From Xanthomonas campestris pv. campestris str. ATCC 33913 (GTDB taxonomy: Bacteria; Pseudomonadota; Gammaproteobacteria; Xanthomonadales; Xanthomonadaceae), in contig NC_003902.1 in assembly GCF_000007145.1 (NCBI RefSeq), positions 3,086,497 to 3,118,496 on the forward strand: 32,000 nt of DNA. The letters are read 5' to 3'. The notes beneath the pieces were generated by a model, which worked only from the letters and a program-made list of their open reading frames with translations, was not told where the DNA came from and did not search any database. Shown here in pieces: positions 9,319-17,566 of the stretch (position 1 is its first letter; each line of letters begins with the position of its first letter). The translations under genes were made by a program, and so were the position numbers.

Positions 9319-9487
9319 TAACGGCGGGGAATCGGGAGTCGGGAGTCGGGAGTCGTAAGAGCACGCAGCGCCCCGTACGCACGATCATCCGTTCGCGCAC
9401 TCCCCCATTCTAAGGCCGTTAACAGTATCCCGCAGAGAGCCTTTCGCTCTTCCCCCATTCCCGATTCCCGACTCTCCATTCCCTGCC
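9319..9487. repeat. Composite inverted heptamer-array element filling the rng-yhdP spacer
   Basis: GGGGAATCGGGAGTCGGGAGTCGGGAGTCG (9326-9355) faces the opposite-orientation CCCCCATTCCCGATTCCCGACTCTCCATTCCC (about 9451-9483). An inner inverted pair is TTAACGGC (9318-9325) / GCCGTTAA (9414-9421). Confidence 0.8.
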
Positions 9488-10987
9488 TCACAGCAGCACC
9501 ACGTCGAACTGCTCCTGCAGGTATTGGTCGTCGGACTGGAAGCGGATGCTCTTGCCGAGGAATTCCTCCAGTTCGGCCACCGCCGCGGATTCTTCGTCGG
9601 TGATGCGCGCCACCACCTTGGACGAGGCGATCACCAGCAGCCGCGCGGCATCGAACTGCCGCACCGCGCGGGTGATCTCGCGGAAGATTTCGTAGGTCAC
9701 CGTTTCGGCGGTCTTGATGGTGCCGCGCCCGCCGCACTGGCCGCAGGTTTCCGACAACTGCCGCTCCAGGCTTTCCACGGTGCGCTTGCGGGTCATCTCC
9801 ACCAGGCCCAGCGGCGAGAACTCGTACACGGTGGTCTTGGCGTGGTCGCGGGCCAATGCCTTTTCCAGCGTGCGCAACACCTGGCGCCGATGCTCGGGAT
9901 CATCCATGTCGATGAAATCGATGATGATGATGCCGCCCAGGTTACGCAGCCGCAGCTGCCGGGCCACCGCCTGCGCCGCCTCCAGATTGGTGCGGAAGAC
10001 GGTTTCTTCCAGATTGCGCTGGCCGACGAACGAACCGGTGTTGACGTCGATGGTGGTCATCGCTTCAGTCTGGTCGATGACCAGGTAGCCGCCGGACTTG
10101 AGCGGCACCTGCTTGTCCAGCGCGCGGCCGATTTCGTCTTCCACGCCATACAGATCGAAGATCGGGCGGTCGCCGGTGTACAGCTCCAGCCGCTCGGCCA
10201 GCACCGGCATGTACTTGGCCACGAAGGCCTGCAGCTGCACGAACGTCTCGTTGGAGTCGACCTTGACCTTCTCCACGTCCTTGCGGATCAGGTCGCGCAC
10301 CGCACGCAGGGGCAGGCTCAGGTCTTCGTAAATGATGCTGCACGCCGACGCCTCGCGGCCGCGCCGCTCGACCACGTTCCACACCCGCGACAGATAGGCG
10401 ATGTCTTCGGCCAGGGCTTCGGCCGGCTGGCCCTCGGCATTGGTGCGGATGATGTAGCCGAAGCCGCCATGCTGGGCCGAGACCTCGCTGACGATGGTCT
10501 TCAGGCGCAGGCGCTCGGCCTCGTCTTCGATTCGCGCCGAGACACCCACCACCTTGGACTGCGGCAACAGCACCAGATACCGCGAGGGAATGCTGATCTG
10601 CGTGGTCAGCCGCGCGCCCTTGGTGCCGATCGGGTCCTTGACCACCTGCACCACGATGTCCTGGCCGTCGCGCAACAGCTCCACGATCGGCACCGAGGCG
10701 GCCGGCGGCGGCGGGATCGGGGTTTCTTCGGTATCCACCACGCTCGCTGGCGCCGGGGCCGGCCGCACCACGTCGTTGGCATGCAGGAACGCGGCGCGCT
10801 CCAGGCCCACTTCCACGAACGCAGCCTGCATGCCGGGCATCACCCGCTGCACCTTGCCCTTGTAGATATTGCCCACCACCCCGCGGCGCCAACCACGTTC
10901 GATATGCAGCTCTTGCAACATGCCGTTCTCGATCACGGCCACGCGGGTTTCGCGGGGGGTGACGTTGACCAGGATCTCTTCCGACAT
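9488..10987 (-). CDS. rng: Ribonuclease G
   Basis: 499 aa, near-colinear with E. coli Rng (LVNVTPRETRVA, GNIYKGKVQRVMPGMQAAFV, LRNLGGIIIIDFIDM, C-terminal QEQFDVV). Confidence 0.94.
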   Translation of the reverse strand: MSEEILVNVTPRETRVAVIENGMLQELHIERGWRRGVVGNIYKGKVQRVMPGMQAAFVEVGLERAAFLHANDVVRPAPAPASVVDTEETPIPPPPAASVPIVELLRDGQDIVVQVVKDPIGTKGARLTTQISIPSRYLVLLPQSKVVGVSARIEDEAERLRLKTIVSEVSAQHGGFGYIIRTNAEGQPAEALAEDIAYLSRVWNVVERRGREASACSIIYEDLSLPLRAVRDLIRKDVEKVKVDSNETFVQLQAFVAKYMPVLAERLELYTGDRPIFDLYGVEDEIGRALDKQVPLKSGGYLVIDQTEAMTTIDVNTGSFVGQRNLEETVFRTNLEAAQAVARQLRLRNLGGIIIIDFIDMDDPEHRRQVLRTLEKALARDHAKTTVYEFSPLGLVEMTRKRTVESLERQLSETCGQCGGRGTIKTAETVTYEIFREITRAVRQFDAARLLVIASSKVVARITDEESAAVAELEEFLGKSIRFQSDDQYLQEQFDVVLL

Positions 10988-11560
10988 CTAATGCGCTCCG
11001 AAGGCTGTGAGCAATTGCGAGGTCTGGAACAGCGGCAATCCCATCACGCCGGAATAGCTGCCAGACAAATGGGTAATGAAGCGCTCCGCACGCCCCTGGA
11101 TCGCGTACGCGCCGGCCTTGCCCATGGGCTCGCCAGACGCCGCATAAGCGGCGATCCGGGTCGCGTCGAGCGCATCGAAGGTGACCTCCGACACCACCAG
11201 CGCCTGCAGCGGTGGCCGCTGTGCTCCGACCAGCACCACCGCGGTGAGCACCTGGTGGGTGCGCCCCGCCAGCACTGTGAGCATGGCGATCGCATCATCG
11301 ACATCGACCGGCTTGCCGAACACGCGCTCGCCCAGCACCACTTCGGTATCGGAGCCGAGCACGATGGCCTGGGCATCGTCGGCCTGTACCAGTGCCAGCC
11401 CCGCGCGCGCCTTGTCCAAGGCCACGCGGTGCACATAGTGCTCGGGCGATTCACCCGGCGCGCGCACTTCGGGCACGTCCAGTTCCAGGGTCTGGAACGG
11501 CACGTCGAGGCGTTGCAGGAGTTCGTGTCGGCGCGGCGATCGGGAGGCAAGATAGAGCAT
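10988..11560 (-). CDS. maf: Maf/YhdE nucleoside-triphosphate pyrophosphatase
   Basis: 190 aa from ATG 11560 ([15 protein letters not shown]..., [10 protein letters not shown]). Its stop codon (10990-10988) directly abuts the rng ATG (10987-10985), which suggests translational coupling. Confidence 0.9.
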
Positions 11561-11682
11561 CCACCCAGCATACCTGTTGGCCGTCCCTGCACGCTTGCCT
11601 GTCGCGCCATCGCCGCGCACGATCGACTCACAGCATATTCATCGGTCCCACAACACGCTGCGCGCACAGACAAGGAGACTCC

Positions 11683-12420
11683 ATGCGTACCACCCTCAAG
11701 CCGTTGTTGCTGGCCCTGTCCATCGCTGCCGGAACCGCCATGACCGCCCACGCCCAGACCGCTCCGAGCTACACCATTCCCAACGATGGCACCTTGCTCA
11801 ATGTGTCGGCCGAAGCAGAAGCCAAGCGCGTACCGGACATCGCCACGGTGTCGGCCGGTGTGGTGACCCAGGCGGTGGATGGCAACGCCGCGATGCGCCA
11901 GAACGCAGAGCAGATGAGTAAGGTCATGACCGCGGTCAAGGCCGCCGGCATCGCCGACAAGGACGTGCAGACCAGCGGCATCAATCTCAATCCGCAGTAC
12001 AGCTACAAAGAAAACGAAGCGCCGAAGATCATCGGCTACCAGGCCAGCAACACCGTCAGCCTGAAGGTGCGCGACATCGCCAAGCTGGGCAAGGTACTCG
12101 ACGCCCTGGTTGCGCAAGGCGCCAACGACATCAACGGCCCCAGCTTCTCGATCGACCAGCCCGAGCCGGTGTATGACGAAGCCCGCGTGGCCGCGCTCAA
12201 GAAGGCGCGGGCCCGCGCCGAAACCTACGCCAAGTCACTGGGGCTCAAGGTGCGCCGCATCGTCAGCATCTCCGAAGGCCGCAATGGCGGTGGCGTGGTG
12301 CCTCCGATGATGATGGCCGCTTCGATGCGCTCGGCCAAGGCCGAGATGGACACCCAGGTGGCTCCGGGCGAAAGCACCCTGTCGATCACCCTGGATGTGA
12401 CGTTCGAACTGGGGCGCTGA
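11683..12420 (+). CDS. SIMPL/DUF541 periplasmic protein (26-kDa periplasmic immunogenic protein / YggE-like)
   Basis: 245 aa. AAGGAG at 11672-11677 precedes ATG 11683. Signal peptide MRTTLKPLLLALSIAAGTAMTAHA. Family blocks include GYQASNTVSLKVRD and LKKARARAETYAKSLG. Confidence 0.85.
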   Translation: MRTTLKPLLLALSIAAGTAMTAHAQTAPSYTIPNDGTLLNVSAEAEAKRVPDIATVSAGVVTQAVDGNAAMRQNAEQMSKVMTAVKAAGIADKDVQTSGINLNPQYSYKENEAPKIIGYQASNTVSLKVRDIAKLGKVLDALVAQGANDINGPSFSIDQPEPVYDEARVAALKKARARAETYAKSLGLKVRRIVSISEGRNGGGVVPPMMMAASMRSAKAEMDTQVAPGESTLSITLDVTFELGR

Positions 12421-12452
12421 TGCGCTAGCGCCGCAATAGCGCACTTGAAAAA

Positions 12453-12477
12453 CTGCCCGTCATGGGCAGTTTTTTTT
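12453..12477 (+). terminator. Intrinsic terminator of the SIMPL gene
   Basis: Stem CTGCCC / GGGCAG with loop GTCAT, followed by eight T (12470-12477). Confidence 0.8.
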
Positions 12478-12802
12478 GCCTGTTGGTCCGCCAGCGTCGT
12501 AGCTTGGCGGCGTTCGCCGTTGAACGCATGGGCCATTGGAGCTGCCAAGTGCTGCATTTTTAATTGTGATTTGAAGGCCGTTCTTCAGCATCAACCGCAC
12601 GGAGGCAGCTTGAGCGCTTTAGCGCACTCAGGCATGGCGCCGATTGCCCACGCACCATTCCACCCACGATCGACCGAGCTGCTTGCAGTCGCCACCACGC
12701 GTCGCTTGTGCAGCCGTGCGCGCTGCGGTAAACCTACGCTACCGGATGGTGTAGTGCGTCCGGGCCGCGCTGGTCCTTTCCGCAGTTCCGTTTTGGAGGT
12801 GG

Positions 12803-13483
12803 ATGATGGTTCGCACGCAATCGCAGGTTTCTTCCCGTCCCCTTGGCATCGACACCTCGCGCGTCCTGGCGATGAGCACGGCCGTGGCGCTGCATCTGCT
12901 GGCCGGTGGCTTGTTGTTGATCCCGTTGTCGCACCACCAGGTCATGCAACCGCCCACGCCGAAGGAGCGCTGGCTGATGCCGATCACCGTGCCGGCGACG
13001 CCGCCCCCGCCGCCGCTCGTGTTTCCGGTCGAGGTGACGTTCAAGGCGCCCAGCACGCACACGCCCGTCATTGCCGACCCGGTGGTGAAGCAGCCATCGG
13101 TGACGCAGACAGCGGTGGTCGACACCGCGCACGTGGCGTTGGAGGCAGTGTCGGATACGGCGCCGACCATCAGCGCCCCGGCCGCCCCCCCTTCAAGCGG
13201 GCCGGTGGACGCCGGGCAGCTGCACTATCTCAGCGCGCCCGCACCGAGCTATCCGGTGGCGGCACTGCGCGCCGGGCAACAGGGCACGGTGATGCTGCGC
13301 GTGCTGGTCGGTACCGACGGCCGCCCGGCCGAAGTGAGCGTACAGACCAGTAGCGGTCACCGCGCGCTCGATCTGGCCGCGCGTAGCCAGGTACTGCGCA
13401 GTTGGCGCTTCCAGCCGGCAATGCAGAACGGCCAGGCGGTGCAGGCCTACGGGTTGGTGCCGGTGAGCTTTTCGTTGAATTGA
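12803..13483 (+). CDS. tonB: TonB-family energy transducer (orphan; no adjacent exbBD or receptor)
   Basis: 226 aa with an N-terminal anchor containing His (AVALHLLAGGLLL), a Pro-rich spacer (PATPPPPPLVFP) and a TonB C-terminal domain (YPVAALRAGQQGTVMLRVLVGTDGRPAEVSVQTSSGHRALD). GGAGG lies at 12795-12799, so the second ATG (12806) may be the real start. Confidence 0.85.
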   Translation: MMVRTQSQVSSRPLGIDTSRVLAMSTAVALHLLAGGLLLIPLSHHQVMQPPTPKERWLMPITVPATPPPPPLVFPVEVTFKAPSTHTPVIADPVVKQPSVTQTAVVDTAHVALEAVSDTAPTISAPAAPPSSGPVDAGQLHYLSAPAPSYPVAALRAGQQGTVMLRVLVGTDGRPAEVSVQTSSGHRALDLAARSQVLRSWRFQPAMQNGQAVQAYGLVPVSFSLN

Positions 13484-13496
13484 AGCGTTGACCGAC

Positions 13497-13581
13497 GCGG
13501 CGGCCTGCAACTGCAGCCGCCGCACTGCTGCCAATCCCCACCTGCCGCCCCTCCTGCCGAGCAGGCATGCGTGCTCGGCAG
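13497..13581. other. Two GC-rich hairpins downstream of tonB
   Basis: First: GCGGCGG..CTGCA/TGCAG..CCGCCGC (13497-13523). Second: a perfect 10-bp stem CTGCCGAGCA / TGCTCGGCAG (13554-13581). Neither has a T-run. Confidence 0.4.
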
Positions 13582-13991
13582 CAAGCGTAACCACGGACGC
13601 TGCCGTGTCGGTGGCCTTTTGCGTCATCCAGGGAAGGCCGGCGATGACCTGCCACATCAACAGGCTTGAAGCGACCAACACGGGGCCGGCTAGTGACCAG
13701 GCGTAATCCCCGCCGGCACGATCAAAATGGCAACGACGCGGGGGTACACGCTGGACGCGACTCCCGAACGCCTCCCTCTGGACACAGCGCAATCGGCGAC
13801 CAGGCACTTGATGAAGTTAGCTGCACGGCGCTCGCCATGACGCGCGATGGTGAGGACGCCCTGCCTGCTTGAAATAGCGACGACGCGTGTACAAGCAGGC
13901 CGCAACTGCCGAGTGCATCAAGCTGGACGCTGCACAATCTGCGCTCGGTTGCGCTGATCAGGCCAGCTGCACAGCACGTGCCATGACGGCG

Positions 13992-14462
13992 CTACGCGCG
14001 ATGGTAAGGATGATTGGCCAGCATTGCGGCCGCGCGATAGAGCTGCTCGGCGACGATCAGGCGCACCAGCATGTGTGGCAACGTCAGCGGGCCGATCGAC
14101 CAGCTCTCGTTGGCGCTCTTCACCACGTCGGCGGCATGGCCCTCGGGCCCGCCGATCAAAAAGGCCAGATCGCGGCCCTGCCCGCGCCAATGTTCCATGC
14201 GCTGGGCCAGCTGTTCGGAACTGAGCGGGCGCCCGGGCACATCGAGCGCGACCACATGCGCATTCTTGGGAAGCGCCGCCAGCACGCGGCGCCCTTCGTC
14301 GTCGATGGCGCGTTGCGCGTCGCGGCCCTTGCCGCGCAGGCCGGGTTCGATCTCGACCAGCTCCAGCGGCATCCAGTGCGAGAGACGTTTCTGATATTCG
14401 GCAAAGCCCTGCGCCACCCAGGCCGGTGCGCGCTCGCCGGTGGCGATGAGTCGGCATTTCAT
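13992..14462 (-). CDS. rlmH: 23S rRNA (pseudouridine1915-N3)-methyltransferase RlmH
   Basis: 156 aa of typical SPOUT RlmH sequence (MKCRLIATGERAPAWV, LIGGPEGH, LPHMLVRLIVAEQLYRA). Confidence 0.93.
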   Translation of the reverse strand: MKCRLIATGERAPAWVAQGFAEYQKRLSHWMPLELVEIEPGLRGKGRDAQRAIDDEGRRVLAALPKNAHVVALDVPGRPLSSEQLAQRMEHWRGQGRDLAFLIGGPEGHAADVVKSANESWSIGPLTLPHMLVRLIVAEQLYRAAAMLANHPYHRA

Positions 14463-14582
14463 CCGTACATGATATCCGCGTCACAGCCTGGGCAGTCCGT
14501 GGCGATTTGCCGTTGTGTGTCATGGCGTGGTTACAGGCGGCAATTAGTGTCGCCCGACCACCCAGCCCGCAGGAGTCGTTCG

Positions 14583-16118
14583 ATGCATGTTTTCGATCCC
14601 GCCCGTCGCCAGGTCCTCAAAGGCAGCGCCGCCGTGATGGCCGCCGGTGCCCTTGGCAGCCTGAGCGCATTGCAGTCGCGCCAGGCCCAGGCTGCCACCA
14701 CGCCCTCCATGCGCCTGGCGCCGGTACCCAGCCGCTACGGCCCGCTCGCGCCGGTCGCCGACCAGAGCACCGGCCTGCCCTTGCTGCAGCTGCCGCGCGG
14801 CTTCAGCTACCGCTCGTTCGGTTGGAGCGGCGACCGCATGGACGATGGCCAACCCTGCCCCGACCGGCATGACGGCATGGCCGTGGTCAGCCTGCGTCGG
14901 CCCGGCTGGCGCCCCGGCACCGATGGCCTGCGCGGCCTGGAATACGTGCTGATCCGCAACCATGAGCGTGGCGCCGCCAGCCAGTTCCGTGCGCCGGCGA
15001 TGTACGACACCGGCATCGTCAGCGGCACCGCGCAGGCCGGCGGCGGCACCACCACGCTGAGCTATGGGCGGCGCGGCTGGGGCAGCCTGGAACCGAGCCT
15101 GGGCGGCACCCTGGTCAATTGCGCCGGCGGTCCGACGCCCTGGGGCACCTGGCTGAGCTGCGAAGAGATCAAGACCAATGCGGTCTCCAGCACCGGGCGC
15201 AAGCACGGCTACGTGTTCGAAGTGGACCCGGACAGCCACCGCACCACCGGCCGGCCGCTGGTCGGGCTGGGCCGCTTCAGCCATGAGGCGGTGGCGATCG
15301 ACCCGCGCACCGGCATCGTCTATCTCACCGAAGACGACCGCAACAAGGCCGGGTTGTACCGCTTCATTCCCAACGACCGCCGCGGCCGCAACGGCTCGCT
15401 GGAGAACGGCGGTCGGCTGCAGGCCGCGCGCGTGCGTGGCAAGCGCAACGCCGACCTCACCGTGGCCAGCATCGGCCAGCAGTTCCAGCTGGAATGGGTC
15501 GACATCGAAGAGCCGGATCTGGACAGCATCGCCGCACCGGCGGGCTTTGCCGACATCGGCGCCAATGACACCCTGAGCGGACCGTTCGCGCAGGCCTGGG
15601 CCGATGGCGCGCTGCGCATGAGCCGCGGCGAAGGCATCTGGTACAGCTACGGCAAGCTGTTCATCGTCGACACCAGCACCGGCGTGGATGCGCAGGGCCG
15701 CCGCGGCTATGGCAATGGCGCGGTGTGGGTGCTGGACCTGTTTACCCAGCGGCTCAGCGCGCTGTTCGTCAGTGGCAACCAGCTGGCGGCGCATAACCCG
15801 GACAACGTCACCGTCAGCGCGCGCGGTGGCGTGGTGCTGTGCGAAGACGGCGGCGAGAGCCCGGACGAATACGGCCCGGGTGCGCGTCTGCTGGGCCTGA
15901 CCCGCAATGGTGAGTCGTTCTATCTAGCCAAGAACAACGTGCAGCTGACCTCGCAGCAGATCGCCGATGCCGGCAAGACCATTGCCGAGGGCGACTACCG
16001 CGACACCGAGTTCTGCGGCGCCTGCTGGGATCCGCTGGCGCAGACGTTGTTCGTCAACATCCAGACCCCGGGGATCACGCTGGCCATCACCGGCCCGTGG
16101 GAGCGCGGGCCGCTGTAA
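14583..16118 (+). CDS. PhoX-family/DUF839 secreted protein with twin-arginine signal (putative phosphatase)
   Basis: 511 aa. AGGAG (14571-14575) lies 7 nt before ATG 14583. Tat motif ARRQVLKGSAAVMAAGALG...AQA. NCAGGPTPWGTWLSCEE is the hallmark DUF839/PhoX block. The 743-aa track ORF fuses it to the antisense of rlmH. Confidence 0.8.
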   Translation: MHVFDPARRQVLKGSAAVMAAGALGSLSALQSRQAQAATTPSMRLAPVPSRYGPLAPVADQSTGLPLLQLPRGFSYRSFGWSGDRMDDGQPCPDRHDGMAVVSLRRPGWRPGTDGLRGLEYVLIRNHERGAASQFRAPAMYDTGIVSGTAQAGGGTTTLSYGRRGWGSLEPSLGGTLVNCAGGPTPWGTWLSCEEIKTNAVSSTGRKHGYVFEVDPDSHRTTGRPLVGLGRFSHEAVAIDPRTGIVYLTEDDRNKAGLYRFIPNDRRGRNGSLENGGRLQAARVRGKRNADLTVASIGQQFQLEWVDIEEPDLDSIAAPAGFADIGANDTLSGPFAQAWADGALRMSRGEGIWYSYGKLFIVDTSTGVDAQGRRGYGNGAVWVLDLFTQRLSALFVSGNQLAAHNPDNVTVSARGGVVLCEDGGESPDEYGPGARLLGLTRNGESFYLAKNNVQLTSQQIADAGKTIAEGDYRDTEFCGACWDPLAQTLFVNIQTPGITLAITGPWERGPL

Positions 16119-16139
16119 GCCGCCCGACCACGCGCAAAC

Positions 16140-16167
16140 ACGAACGGCGCCCGAGGGCGCCGTTCGT
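16140..16167. terminator. Strong hairpin between the convergent DUF839 gene and rsfS
   Basis: Perfect 12-bp stem ACGAACGGCGCC / GGCGCCGTTCGT with loop CGAG. Flanking runs are weak (AAACA upstream, TTGGGG downstream). Confidence 0.55.
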
Positions 16168-16190
16168 TGGGGTGACGCAGCTGCGCAGAC

Positions 16191-16619
16191 TTAAGCCTGC
16201 TCGTCGTCCGCTGCCTCTTCCAGATCGGACGGACGCTGGTCGCCAACAGTCCACAAGCGCTCCAGCGCATAGAACTCGCGCACGCGCGGCAGCATCACAT
16301 GCACCACCACATCGCCCAGGTCCACCAGCACCCACTCGGCTTCACGCTCGCCTTCCACGCCCAGCGGCATCACGTCCAGACGCTTGGCGAACTTCACCAC
16401 TTCTTCGGCAATTGACTTCACGTGGCGGGTCGAGGTGCCCGATGCCACCACCATGTAATCGCAGACGCTGGACTTGCCGCGCACGTCGATCTCGACCACG
16501 TCCTTGGCTTTCAGCTCCTCGACGGCCTCACGCACGGTGGCCAACAGGGCCGGCACGGACGGCGGCGGGTTCGTAATGGAGGTCTTGATGACTTGGGCTT
16601 GGCTGGTCAAAGCAGGCAA
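16191..16619 (-). CDS. rsfS: Ribosome silencing factor RsfS (iojap family)
   Basis: 142 aa from TTG 16619; there is no in-frame ATG near the N-terminus. Core matches E. coli RsfS (GTSTRHVKSIAEEV, PLGVEGEREAEWVLVDLGDVVVHVM). Start is uncertain. Confidence 0.88.
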   Translation of the reverse strand: MPALTSQAQVIKTSITNPPPSVPALLATVREAVEELKAKDVVEIDVRGKSSVCDYMVVASGTSTRHVKSIAEEVVKFAKRLDVMPLGVEGEREAEWVLVDLGDVVVHVMLPRVREFYALERLWTVGDQRPSDLEEAADDEQA

Positions 16620-16666
16620 CTCGATAGATTTGGGTGAATTATAGGCAAGTCCGGCCGCCTGCGTGT

Positions 16667-17566
16667 TCAGCTAGCCGGCGGAACGCAGCCATACAGGCCT
16701 TCTTCGGCGATCAATGCGGCAACCACCTGCGGCACCAGCTCCTGCCATTGACCACCGGCGGCAATGCGGCTGCGCACCGCGCTGGCCGATTCGCCGCGCA
16801 ACGGATGCGGCAGCCGCCATAGCCGACCGGCCGGCGCGGTGAGCAGGTCGCGCGCGTCGGTGGCCCACCGGCCCTGCACCGCCTGCGCCAGCACCGGCGC
16901 ATCGGCCAAGTCCAGCGCCGTGCCGGGGCGCGCAGCGATCACCAGATGCGCCAGCCCGAAGAGTTCGGTCCACTCATGCCAGCCGGGCAGGCCAACGAAG
17001 GCATCGGCACCCAGCAGCCAGGCGATGGGCTTGGCGGGCCCAAGCTGGGCACGCACCTCGTGCAGGGTGTCCACCGTGTAGGACGGCGCCCCGCCCTGCG
17101 CGGCGCGGCGCACCTCGCGGGTATCCAGCAGCAGCCCGGGGAGATCGGCCAGGGCCAGTTCCAGCATGCGGGTGCGCTGCGCGGCGGTGGCACCGGGCGC
17201 GGGGCGATGTGGCGGGTCTGCGGCCGGCACCAGATGCACCTGCGCGCCGAGCGCATCGCGTGCGGCGCAGGCAATGGCCAGGTGGCCGCGATGGATCGGG
17301 TCGAAGGTGCCGCCGTAGTAGAGGTGGAGCTTGGGGCGGGAATCGGGAATCGGGAATCGGGAGTCGGTATGGGACCGGGATTCGGGATTGTGGATTTGGG
17401 ATTCGGAAAGAAGCGAGTCTGACGCGGCGGCCTGCGCGTTGGTGGCTGGTGACGTTGGAGCGACGCCGGTGGGAGGTACCGGCCGTGCGCCTTGCGCTGC
17501 GGTTGGAGGCTCTCGCTCTGCGGCGCCGGCGCCCCGCTCAGCAGTTCCGGCCTGCCCCGCTGTCAC
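16667..17566 (-). CDS. nadD: Nicotinate-nucleotide adenylyltransferase NadD with an atypical ~75-residue N-terminal extension (start uncertain)
   Basis: The catalytic core begins YYGGTFDPIHRGHL. The only canonical in-frame start upstream is GTG 17566, which overlaps the holA stop as GTGA. The extension is low-complexity and is partly encoded by the heptamer array. Confidence 0.82.
   Translation of the reverse strand: MTAGQAGTAERGAGAAEREPPTAAQGARPVPPTGVAPTSPATNAQAAASDSLLSESQIHNPESRSHTDSRFPIPDSRPKLHLYYGGTFDPIHRGHLAIACAARDALGAQVHLVPAADPPHRPAPGATAAQRTRMLELALADLPGLLLDTREVRRAAQGGAPSYTVDTLHEVRAQLGPAKPIAWLLGADAFVGLPGWHEWTELFGLAHLVIAARPGTALDLADAPVLAQAVQGRWATDARDLLTAPAGRLWRLPHPLRGESASAVRSRIAAGGQWQELVPQVVAALIAEEGLYGCVPPAS
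17333..17406. repeat. GGGAATC heptamer array plus GGGATTC-type variant array
   Basis: GGGGCGGGAATCGGGAATCGGGAATCGGGAGTCGG (17333-17366), then GGGACCGGGATTCGGGATTGTGGATTTGGGATTCGG (to 17406). It lies inside the nadD long ORF. Confidence 0.85.

Noticed and set aside
12554-12577. Fur box upstream of tonB
   Set aside because: The AT-rich patch aligns poorly by eye to the 19-bp GATAATGATAATCATTATC consensus. It cannot be supported without a PWM scan.
13887-14582. N-terminal 232 codons of the 743-aa track ORF upstream of the DUF839 protein
   Set aside because: This part is antisense to rlmH. The Tat signal peptide and a good AGGAG SD define the real start at 14583.
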